Source of the DNA: Microbotryum violaceum
Lineage: Eukaryota
Assembly: GCA_001244265.2 (NCBI GenBank)
Contig: CDLV01000004.1
Location: 2,046,001 to 2,110,000, forward strand
Direction of reading: 5' to 3'
Length of the DNA stretch: 64,000 nt
Each line of letters begins with the position of its first letter. Positions within the stretch are counted from its first letter, which is position 1. Of the stretch, positions 10,325-26,832 are shown one piece after another. Position numbers and translations under genes: made by a program. The notes below the pieces were generated by a model. The model had not been told where the DNA came from, made no database searches, and saw only the letters and a list, made by a program, of their open reading frames with translations.

Positions 10325-12488
10325 AGTGGGAATAGATGAATATGACGGTGCACCCGAGTCATACCGGCGGTGGTTCTACCACACAGTCTACAAAAAAAAA
10401 ATAAAAAATGGGACACACCTCTTACTTCACTTCATTTCGAAATCGCCCTACCGCAGTCTTCAATACTCGAGTTAACAAGTGATACACCGACAAGATGTCT
10501 ACAGGAGACCCTGGGTCCCCACCGCCGGCACCGCCGCCACCGGTGTCCGCCACCAGCGTCCAGCCACCCCGCGACCAGATCCCGAAAAGCTCGAAGAAGA
10601 CGCAAGCCACGGGCCCCGCCACCGCCGCACCCAGCTATGCCGCCGCTGCAAATCAGGCGACTCAGTCACCTGAACAACAGCAACAACAAAAACAGCGTGC
10701 CAAGGCTCTGGGCAGCCTCCTACAAGCCATGGGTGCTGTACCCGGAAACCGCATGGATCGTTGGGTCCAGGCCATCTACTTCGCCAAACTCTACCCCGTC
10801 GTCACCGCCACATCGCTGAAATTCTCGGCCTTGAACGCGAACCGGTCTGTCGAGAACATCTTTGATTACGCCCTTGAAGTGACTCTGTCTCACCAGAGCG
10901 CCTCGCAAGCGTCTCATGCCGACAAGACCGATCTCGTGGCCTGCGTCACGAGGCTGTTATCGCCGATCTCTCCTATCTGCTTTGAGCCTGGAGTTCCTCT
11001 GCCGGACCACCTTGCAGCCTATCGACCACAGATCCTAGGCGTACAACATTCATCAATCCTGCGTAATGGGGCGGCTCACCATCGCGTTACGGTTGGGTTC
11101 GTCACCGGCGAGGCACGTGACGCTGCGCTTACGACGCCCCCTGCTCTCACTTGGCGATCGGCGAAGGCCCGCTTCGCGAAATCTCACAGGTTCCACCATA
11201 ACATGGTCGAGCTTCGAATCAACGTCGGTGTTCAAGGAGTGCCTTCCATGGATGCCATCATCAAATCGTTCCAATTACTAGTGCAGGACTTGTCAGGCAA
11301 GGGACATTCGTGCCAACTTGTGCAGGTTCTGCGCATTATCAGCGTGGACAACGCCTCGGCCTTTGCCCACGTTGCCGGAGACTACTCAGCTTTCCTACAC
11401 TTCGATGACGACTCCCTGTTCAAACGCCCTAACACGACCTTGAAAGAGATCCTACCTTCGAGAATCGGCCTTCCCACTCGAGGCATCCCGGTCACCGCCC
11501 TTCGCCATGACTATGAGAAGGAGGCGGCTTGCGGTAGGTGCCACTTCGTTGGTCACGTGGGAACCTGCGGACTGGATCAGGAGAGCAAGCGAAAGGAGGC
11601 TCACAACGGCAACGACAACGGCAACACCAACGCCAACAAGAACACCATCACCAACGACACCAACATTGTGGAGGCCGAGGCCCCCATTCCTGTGCCGGTT
11701 GTTAACAGGATCGCATCACAGAATCGCTTCGCCGGGCTCGAGGTTGAGGAGGGACAGGAGGAAGCGGTAACTGGCCAGAGCGGACAGGGGCCAGAAGAAT
11801 TGGGGGAGGAGGACGCTGGTGATAGGGCGGATGACAAGGACTCGGAGGACTCGGAGATGGAATCAGAGGCGACCGCAAAAACGGAGGTCATCAAACTTAA
11901 GAGCGAGGACGAGTCGGTTTTAGAGGACTGCGGAGGATCCGATGGAGAGGTGATTGATGAGGATGAGGTGATGGCGGATGGAAGGGGCGAAACAGAAGGC
12001 AAGGTGGCGACGGAGATGGAGGAAAGGGAGGTGCCGACGGAGATGGAGGAAGAGGAGGTGCCGACGGAGGTGGACGATGTGGACGAGGCAGGGGGAGCGA
12101 CGAAAGCGGAGAACGCGGAAGCGACGGACTTAGGGGAGACGAACAGGCTGGACAATGACGACGACAGCGACGCAACAGCAACCGCCGCCCCCGCTTCCCG
12201 CGAATCGACACCCCACAAACCAACCCCACCTTTGTCACCCGAAACTCTTGCCAAGTCGCTTCGCGAGGGGGAGGAGTGGGACAGGATCAGAGCTAACTGG
12301 GTTGAGCAGGCACGACTCAAGCGGGACCAAAGCATCGAGAGGAGGCTCGACGCTGAAACCCCTTTGGTGCGTCACAACTTTGCCACGTGGGATGAGGACG
12401 GTGGGATACGTTCCATCAATATCAGGGGGACCGCTTCGAAGTTCAAAAAGCCGGTAATGAAGAGGTCGCAGACTGCGGCGGACCTCAG

Positions 12489-17355
<4,867 letters not shown>

Positions 17356-17642
17356 CTCAGTGACCCGAGTGACGAACCGACCGACGCCAAGCGAGTGATC
17401 ATCAAAGGGAAGAGCCGCGTCGTTGTCAAGGATGGAACAAAGGGGCGGAGGGTGACGAGGTCGATGTCAGCGGCGGCGGCGATGCCGGTTGGCGTGACGA
17501 AAGTGGACCGAGGGAAAGCAAAGGGGGTAGCCGAGGAGAAAAGATGGTCCGACCACGAGCCCGAGGACGATGTCCTGCCCGCCCTCCCCCTCTTTGAGGA
17601 CGTCACCACCGCCAAGAGCGCTTCGACCTCAACTACCCATTA

Positions 17643-20600
17643 ATGATTAAGCACACCATCATTACCTGGAACGTGAGGAGGGGCATGGGGGTCCCGGAGA
17701 AACGACGTGACATTTACAACTACCTATCCCTTTTCAAAGCATCGGCCATTCTCATACAAGAGCACTTCATCAGACCGCACCTCTGGCAACTCATCAAGGA
17801 CGAGTACGAGGGCAAGCTCTTCATCAACCAACATTGTCTGACTCTAATTCCGGCTGACTCCCCCCTGATCGACGCCGAGCTCTTGCGCACCCACTCGGCA
17901 CTCGACGGCCGGCTCCTCGTCACGTCCTTTCGTCTGCGGGGCGACATCAAAATTCTAGAAATCAACAACGTTTACGCGCCCGTTGACCCAAAGCAACGAG
18001 CGAAATTCTTTGACAAACTCTTATTTCACAAAACACAGAAATCCCACCTCCGACTCTTTGGCGGTGATCTCAACGACTGCCCGCGCCCAGAAGTCGATCG
18101 GCGGAACCAAAGTCGGCGCGGCCACCACTGGCCAATCCTGATCGGCAAGCTCGACTCCGCCTACACGGACTGCATCCGCTACAAACACCCCATCACCCCA
18201 TCCTTCACTCGACCTAATACCAATCGCAAGCGACCCAACTCCTTCTCCCGGCTTGACTACTTTCTCCTGCAACGGACACACCAAAAAAGACTCGATCAGG
18301 CCTCGACGATCGACTATCCCAAGGAGCTTTCCGATCACCGACCGGTCTTGATTGTGCTGGCTCTCTCAGGCGATCCTGATGCGACCCTCCCACAGCTCAG
18401 CCTACCTACCACATCAAACCAACTACATCGAATCAACACCACAACCTTTAAGACGGTGGAGTTCCAGCGGATGATGGAAGGATGGTTGGAAGGGGCAAGC
18501 GGGGAGGAACCAGTGGGGAAGCTCGAGGTCATTCTGAAGGCGTGCAGGGATAGCGGTGGGGAGATGGCGAGGAGGTTGCATCGGGAGCGGACGGAACGGA
18601 TGGAGTATTTGGTGGGGAGGGTGCAAGATCTGGAGGCGATACCGGAATGGGGGGAGGCGGAAACGGCAGAATGGACAAGGACGTCCGAGGAACTCAAGCG
18701 GGCGGTCGAGGAGCGCGCGCGCCTACTCCGGATCCGAGCCCACGTCCCGAGATCGCCTCCGAGGAACGACTGTCGCGGCCGGTCCACGCCAAGCTCGCGG
18801 CGCGGAACTCGGACTCAAGATCACAGCACTGCGCTTGAGCAACGGAGAGCTAACGCATGACATTGATGTTGCTCTTGACCACACGCAGGCGCATTTCCAG
18901 CGCCTCTACCACATCGAGCCTCGTGACCCGGACCGCGTCGACCGACTTCAGGACGAATTCCTCGCGCCGATCAGGGCGGCGCGGACTTGCGACGACCCGC
19001 GCTCGGATCCTCTCTTTCTGCGCCGACTCTCGGAATCGCAGATCGACTTACTCCAGCGACCAATCACCGAGGACGAGGTCGTGGCCGCGATCGGGACGAC
19101 GCACCCGGGGCGATCGCCGGGACCGTCGGGCGTGCCCTACAAACTCTACCAGACCGCACCCAAGGCGTGGGCCAAGGTGCTGACCAAGGCCTACAACGCG
19201 ATGATAGAGCGAGGCTCACTCTCTCCCAAGCAGTGCCAAGGACTCGTGCGCCTCATCTTCAAGCGACACAAGAAGAATGCCGATTGCGCCGAACTTTCGT
19301 CGTACCGGCCGATCACCCTGCGCGAGTGCGATTACAAGATCTTTACCAAGGTCTATGTTGCCCGTTTGAACCAGATTCTACCCGATCTCCTCCCGCCGCA
19401 GCAGCACGGATTCGTCAAGGACCGCCGATCGGCTGACGCTGCACTACACCTTCGTCTCCTGATCGAGGAAGTTGGCGCGCGCAGGACCGAGTTCCCCGCG
19501 GCCGCACTCTTATCTCTTGACCAATCGTCCGCCTACGACCTCGTCAAGCATGATTGGATCTTTGCCATCTTTGACACTCTGGGCGCTCCTGCCACCTTTC
19601 TTCGCGTGCTGAAGATGCTCTACTCGGGTGACTCGACCTCGGCCCGCTACATCATCAATGGGTTCTTGACGGCGCCGGTACGACTGACGTGTGGGCTCGG
19701 CCAAGGGGACCCGGCGTCATCGTCGGTCTGGGACATCGTGTTTCAGCCGTTTCTGGATGCTCTACACCGTCGAAACATTGCGCTGAATCTCTCCATACCT
19801 GCACTTCATCCGTACCCACAGAGCCGCGCCATTACATCGCTTGCTTTTGCCGATGACGTTGTCGTCGCCGTCGCGGGCTTGGGGTCACTCAACTTGCTCG
19901 ATGACCTGGCACTCGACTGGAGGCATGCAACGAATGGCCGGCTCAACACGGACAAGACGGTCGTCCTACCGATCGGACGCCGCTGGGACCCGGGGCAACG
20001 CCCGCTCGTCGTCAAGGCCGCAGGCGAGTCGCTCGAGTGGATCGGCCTCACCTTCGACCCGAGCGGCGACACCGAACTCGCCTACGCGAATCTCATCGAA
20101 CGCCTCGAGGCGACGCTGGAAGGGGTTCAGCATCGCTGGCTCACACACCACACCCGTGCCTTTTACGTCAATCGGTACGCCATCCCCAAGATCCTGCACT
20201 TCCTTGCAGCCGACATCCCGCCGCCCGAAGTCGTCAAGAAGCTCGATGACATGCTCGTCGATTTCGTCCGTGGGGGCAAGGGCAGGACCAGCTACGGCAG
20301 AGATATCGTGTTCACAGCCAAGCTAAAGGGGAGACTCGGGGTGATCAGGATGCAGGACGTCGTGGACGCGGTTGCGGCACGGATCTGGGACGTTCTTCTC
20401 GGCGGTTCGGGCGCGATCTGGCAAGGACTTGCGCGCGCGGCACTCCAGCGAGCTCAGTCCGACCTCGACCTGGCCACATCCATCCACTCCCATCCCCAGC
20501 GACCTCCATCCCCGATGGCGAGCAGCATTGGGGGTTCCGAAACAGCAAGACGCGCAGGTCAACCCGAGGACCTTGACCACCGCGAACCTGCTCGCGCTTC

Positions 20601-21643
20601 CCACCTTGCTCGGCAGCCTCCACACCCCCATCAGAGGGAGACAGACCATCGACGCGGTTCATATACCTGACTACCTTCGTCTCCAGGGCTACCCGAAGGT
20701 GGCGGATCTCTACCGGCGCGAGTTGTATGCGGGTGGGGGCTTTCACCTTTGGACGCCGCCTGCGGATGTGCTCGGCGACAACAGCGAGTACGATCGACGC
20801 GGGCTCCCGCAGCGACTGGCACTCGCGGCCTGGTACCGGTTCACTGTCGATCGACACAAGAACACGTCCTTGGCGGTGGCGGTGGCGGCAGGACGGCTCA
20901 ACGTGCCTCCCCGGATTGGCACCAGCGCACCGCTCGAGGCAATTCTCCCCAAGCCCGTGGCCCGCTTCGCAATGGAGCAGCGCCTTCCGGACCCGGTGCT
21001 TCCACAGCAGGCGAGCCAGTACAAGCTGCTGAACATGGCTCGACCGTACACCATCCGTCGCATCCGCCGGGTCCTGAACGCGAAGGCCTTTACCAACACG
21101 CTCGGGCTCAAGGGACCACCGCAGCCAGACGACCTCAGGAGCTTTTGGAAGGCGGTCAACTCGAAGGCACTGACGGCGAGGGAGAGGGAAGTTTGGTTCA
21201 AGCTGATTCTCCGCTTCACCCCGACGCGCAAGCTGCAACACCAACAGAATCACGACACTTCTCCCGCGTGCCTCGTCTGCGAAGCGCCGGTGGACGACAC
21301 CGACCACTACTTTTTTGGCTGCGTTGACTCGCGGAATGTCTGGATCGCGGCAAGGGGCGTGCTCTGCGACGCACTCGGGTGCGACACGATTGAGGACGCC
21401 CAGTACACGACACTGCAACGGCTCTTTGGCCTCCCCAAGCTCAAGGCCAAGCTCAGCGAACAAGAAGGGGCGGGCAGGACGATCGAGATGTTCACGGGGA
21501 TGGTTTTGGAAATGATCAGCAGTGGGAGATGGAGGATGCAGAAGCACGGGACGAGGATGGAAAGCGTGGAGAGGAGGAGAGTGGTACTGGAGGAGAGGAT
21601 GAAGTTGAGGGCGGGAGGAGCAAGGGGCGGGCGAGGGCAGTAG
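17643..21643 (+). CDS. LINE ORF2: AP endonuclease, reverse transcriptase and zinc finger (frameshifts near 18748, 18815, ~20470)
   Basis: ITWNVR, QE, NVYAP, GGDLN, SRLDY, SDH (APE); YRPITL, QHGF, AYD, GLGQGDP, FADD (RT); CLVC...HYFFGC. Confidence 0.93.
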
Positions 21644-22293
21644 AGGCTGGGTTCGATTTCCCCCCACCACACCCCACACACACACACCATCACGCTTCAT
21701 CTTCCAACAAAAAACTGTATACTAAATATCTTGCTTTCATCTTTCATCTATTACAGGTCTGCCTTCGTTGCTCATGGACCGGTTCGCGATTTGAGATTGA
21801 CTCGACGGTGACTCGCGCTCTTTGGCTTCGGGGTTCTGAGTCAAGGGAGGGATCAGCAGACACAGGCAGAAAGTCGGCTTTGAGGGGCCAGGGACTGCTG
21901 AGGTGGAGGTTTTGAGGGGCCTCCACCGCGTCTTGTTGTGACCGAGCATAGACTTAGGACTTCGCGGGTCAGGGTAGTTGCGCAGTCGATCTCCTGTCTT
22001 TGTCTCGACCGAGTTGGGAAGTGACGGCGGGGTGGGCCTCTTGTCGCTTAGTAAATTGTTTTATTACTCCTTTCTCTTTCTCTCTCATTCGTCTCCTGGG
22101 GGGAGCAACCGCTTGGCTGGGGCACTTGAATCCCAAGTATCGGATTGGTGGACACCGGCCCGTTTCTCGCATCTTGCGGGCGGTTTGTGTTATCATCGTC
22201 GACTTCCATCTAGTTCTAGTTTTTCCGTAGGCCAATCAGGGGGAACAGGAATTGGGGGCAATATGATGAACAAGTTCTACAAAAAAAAAAAAA

Positions 22294-22361
22294 CGCCACC
22301 ACCAGACTTAGAGATACTCTAAGCATGATTAGACGAATCTCTAATGGCCCTGGTGGTGGCG
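22294..22361. repeat. Stem-loop (12-bp perfect outer stem plus inner stem) next to the LINE A-run
   Basis: cgccaccaccag...ctggtggtggcg, with inner tagagat/atctcta. Confidence 0.7.
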
Positions 22362-22363
22362 GG

Positions 22364-22718
<355 letters not shown>

Positions 22719-22754
22719 CTAGGGCGGAGGCAAGGAGAGTACCATGAGCGCCGG

Positions 22755-23892
22755 CTAGGGAGACGGGTAAGGGGGAAAGGGATGCGGTGCGTACAAAGGA
22801 TCGTTGTCGTCCTCCGAGTCGCTGCTGAGGCCGGCGAACACGGTTGAATCGCCAGTTTCTTGGAAGGTCCGAATGGCCGCCACCATACGGGGCCCGGGGC
22901 GAGGCGCAGGAGCGGTCAACGTTGGCGTCGACGGAGTGGCGGACGCTCCCATGGGTGACAAGTAGCGGGGGCAGTTGCGCGAGATGTGGTCGGCGTTGAG
23001 AGTGCGGCAGCGATAGCATCCGTGGTTCTGGTCCAGGTACGCGCGCTCGTCGACGGTGAGTCGGGCGGCGGGGCGGGGGCCACCCGTGATCGGGGAATGG
23101 CCGGTAGCAGCTGTCGCAACGTGGGGTGCAGCCGAGGCTGCAGCGGGTCGCGAGTACGTGGGGCGCTGTTGTAGCGCACTGACCTGGGTCGCAATGGCTT
23201 GGCGTCGCTGCGCAATGACGCTCCATTCCTCGCGACCAATCCTCTCAAAGACTTGGTAATCGAACTCGAGAGGTTGGTCCGTGTGTGCGTCACTAAAAAC
23301 CTCAGCGGCCTCCGGACTGGTAGGGACCACCGGAGCGTCGAGGGCAAGCTTCTCGAGCGAGAGGTCCGACCAGCCAGCAGCCAGCCAGCGACGAGACCAT
23401 GTGGGTGCGGAGGATCCGGCAGAGTTCCGGATCGGTGCCCAGGAGAACCAGCTTGGCCACTTCTTGGTCGGAGACGACCTGGAAGCCAATCTCCATTTGC
23501 AGTGAGCGCATCTGATCGGAAAATTCCTGAAAGGCGTCGATGTCGTGGCCGGGGGCTTGGCGTAGACGGTGGAGTTCGGCGAGCTGGGTCCAGACGAAGT
23601 CCGCTGGTACAGCCCGGCGAATCAGTTCCGACTTGAACTGAGCGTATGGCTTTGCAAGGTGCTTGCTCAGGCCCTGGGTGAACCAGGTCTTGAGCGCAAA
23701 GACCTGCAACCCCATACCGGCCCCCTTGATCTTATCGTAGTCGCTCGTGATGGGTGTACGGGCGATGCGACGGTTGTAGAAGTCCAGGCGCATGAAGTAT
23801 TCGCGCAAGGCCTCCATCAAGGTGCTATGGAGTTGGGGAGGGTCATTGGGTTTATACGTGGGGCTGTGGCTGGGGGCGGTGGGCGTGGCCAT
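22755..23892 (-). pseudogene. gag: Gypsy Gag (frameshift near 23390) with zinc knuckle
   Basis: ORFs 23302..23892 and 22755..23489 join; LRQ...F motif, RLT..ERAYL....GCYRCR. Confidence 0.8.
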
Positions 23893-23998
23893 GGTGCGCG
23901 GGACGGTGCGATGTCGGCTGGTGAGGCGTGCGAAGGCGGTGCGTGTGTGGGCGTGCTGGGGTTGCTGGGCGTGCTGGGCAGTGCTGGGCTGGGCTGTG

Positions 23999-24199
23999 TG
24001 AAAGGCACGAGACTGCTCTCGAGCCTCACTGATTCCGAGTCCAAACTGAAAGGATCAAACGGTGTAATTCACAGGCGAAGAAAGACTACTAAAAGGACTA
24101 AGGTCAAGAGACGCGGCGGCGCCGCGCGCGAGGGCAAGCGTGAGGCCGCAGAGGTCGGCTCGAGGTCGTTGTGAGGCGTAAGCGGAGCGGCGCCTTACA
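23999..24199 (-). repeat. Solo LTR family B (201 bp) with perfect TSD CTGTG
   Basis: TG...CA termini; CTGTG at 23994-23998 and 24200-24204; near-identical to 29051..29251. Confidence 0.92.
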
Positions 24200-24606
24200 C
24201 TGTGCTGGGGCTGGGAGTCTGCGTGCTATGGTTGTGGGATCGGCTTGCCTCGACCGATCTGGGCTAGTCGATGGGTTCGATGGTTCGACTACGGCCGGGC
24301 CTGATGAACGTAGGCCGTATCGTCGGGGTACCAATGAACTCGACGTTGTCAAAAAAAAAGTGAAAGGCACGAGATCGCTCTCGAGCCTCACTGGCGACCT
24401 AGCTGACAGGTGCAAGTTATATGGACTGCAACTAGCTTCTGGTGTCAGCCCGATATACGAGTGCTGAGATATGGAGCACCAGTAATGGAGCACCAGTACT
24501 CACCTAGCTTCTGGTGTCAGCCCGATGGGGAGGGAACTGAAGAAGCTAGGTGCGCGCGATCTCTATTTCTAATACCTGTGGCCCGTAGTAAGGCGCGCGC
24601 CTTACA

Positions 24607-25611
24607 GCCGGGTCCCCTTGGCCGAGCCCACACGTCAGTCGCACCGGCGCCATTAGGAACCCATTGATGATGTAGCGGGCCGAGGTCGAGTCACCCGAGT
24701 AGAGCATCCTCAGCACGCGAAGAAAGGTGGCAGGAGCGCCCAGAGCGTTGAAGATGGCAAAGATCCAGTCATGCTCGACGAGGTCGTAGGCGGACGATTG
24801 GTCAAGAGACAAGAGCGCAGCCGCGGGGAACTCGATCCTGCGCGCGCCAACTTCCTCAATCAGGAGACGAAGGTGTAGTGCAGCGTCAGCCGATCGGCGG
24901 TCCTTGACGAATCCGTGCTGCTGCGGCGGGAGGAGATCGGGTAGAATCTGGTTCAAACGGGCAACATAGACCTTGGTAAAGATCTTGTAATCGCACTCGC
25001 GCAGGGTGATCGGCCGGTACGACGAAAGTTCGGCGCAATCGGCATTCTTCTTGTGTCGCTTGAAGATGAGGCGCACGAGTCCTTGGCACTGCTTGGGAGA
25101 GAGTGAGCCTCGCTCTATCATCGCGTTGTAGGCCTTGGTCAGCACCTTGGCCCACGCCTTGGGTGCGGTCTGGTAGAGTTTGTAGGGCACGCCCGACGGT
25201 CCCGGCGATCGCCCCGGGTGCGTCGTCCCGATCGCGGCCACGACCTCGTCCTCGGTGATTGGTCGCTGGAGTAAGTCGATCTGCGATTCCGAGAGTCGGC
25301 GCAGAAAGAGAGGATCCGAGCGCGGGTCGTCGCAAGTCCGCGCCGCCCTGATCGGCGCGAGGAATTCGTCCTGAAGTCGGTCGACGCGGTCCGGGTCACG
25401 AGGCTCGATGTGGTAGAGGCGCTGGAAATGCGCCTGCGTGTGGTCAAGAGCAACATCAATGTCATGCGTTAGCTCTCCGTTGCTCAAGCGCAGTGCTGTG
25501 ATCTTGGAGTCCGAGTTCCGCGCCGCGAGCTTGGTGTGGACCGGCCGCGACAGTCGTTCCTCGGAGGCGATCTCGGGGACGTGGGCTCGGATCCGGAGTA
25601 GGCGTGCGCGC
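24607..25611 (-). mobile_element. Internal fragment of the same LINE family (RT N-terminal half), inverted relative to 18713..19715
   Basis: Near-identical reverse-complement copy; alternative-frame ORF translations are identical. Confidence 0.95.
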
Positions 25612-26832
25612 CTGCGAACACGGCGACGAGATCGTTCAACAGTGAGTGAGTTTGACAGGTCGCCTGACTTCCGGCCGAACTGGAAATCTCTCTGCAGTAA
25701 TGCAAATACTTACTAGCCATTTCCTGCTCTGGACAACAGTATAACCTCTTCAAGATCACCCTAAAAGTGTGGCCACAGCAAAGTTCCAAGAACCCCTCCG
25801 AAGATGGTCAGCGTTGCCAAGTTGTGACGTGCGCCTCAGTCTGCTTCGTGTTCGGTTGACCGCGCATTGGTCCCGCCGGTCGCTGGTGGTGTCTTTGCCG
25901 GCGGCTTGTAACGCTTCAGCCATACCTTTCAATGACTGCCATACAGTCAACTCACTCGGAAATAGCCAGGGGCAGAATGAAAGGTAATGGTGGAGGCAAG
26001 AGGGAACAAGGGATGGGGATCGCGAGCGGTGGCAGTGAGTGGGAGGAAGGAAAAGGAGGCTCGCGACGGCGCGTGGACTTGGTAAACAACACGCGGCCGT
26101 GGCCTAATGCGAGTGACTTGGCCGTGACGGCGCTTGCGCCCACGTCCTGGCGAAGGCCCGATTCGCGCGCCAGTTGAGTCGGCGCGCCGCGCGCGGCGAC
26201 TCGCGCCTTGCTCCCAAAATTTGTCTAAGTCCCACTCTGTCCGTAGGCGCAAGAGGCGCATTTCCTTCTTACGTCGCCGCACAGCGACTACTGCAATCTA
26301 CGACACTCGGTTGAGGATGTTTTACAATCGGATCTTGGGCAGTGCTATTTTGAGAAATGGAGATTGCACGAGCATGGAATATCCAGAATGATGTGGACAT
26401 CTGGAACAACCAGTTGACTGTAACTTGTGATCGCTTTGGGAGGGTATTTAGCATCAAAATTCTACGTGATCCGAGAACGCCTCAGGGTCACGGGAAGGGG
26501 AAAGGGAGGGCGGCGCAAATGGATCTGTCAGAATAGCCCCTGTCATGAGTGCTCAATTGAATCATCAGTATAGCTTCAGTTCTGGTAGGAGAATATTTTG
26601 CAATACTGCAAACATGTGTCGAGAGCAAATCATGTCTTTATGTATCTATTGCAGGTCGAGTACTTGGTATACTGATACCTAGAGTTGGTAATAGGAAGAA
26701 TAGCAACCAAGGTCTTGACATTGTTACACCTCACCACAGCACTCCTCCAAATTTTAAGTGTCAACTTCATCAAGCTTTGCTAAGTTCATCAAAGTTGCTG
26801 ATGTAAGGGTTGAATGTTGAACATTGAATCCT

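Larger units (their letters stand above)
22719..24606 (-). mobile_element. Ty3/Gypsy element 5' part: LTR 24361..24606, C-T9, leader, gag, start of protease
   Basis: LTR TGTAAGGC...TTTCA with internal 23-bp and 14-bp direct repeats; gag with CYRCRTLNADHISRNC; the -1 frame continues ...GTLLASALV. Confidence 0.85.

Noticed and set aside
24295-24345. CTGATGA in the Gypsy leader as a hammerhead ribozyme core
   Set aside because: No properly placed GAAA or stem II/III pairing found.
25612-26830. Short ORFs and an end-like motif (GGGACTTAGACAAA on the minus strand at ~26233)
   Set aside because: Probably TE debris, but no partner end, TSD or recognisable domain.
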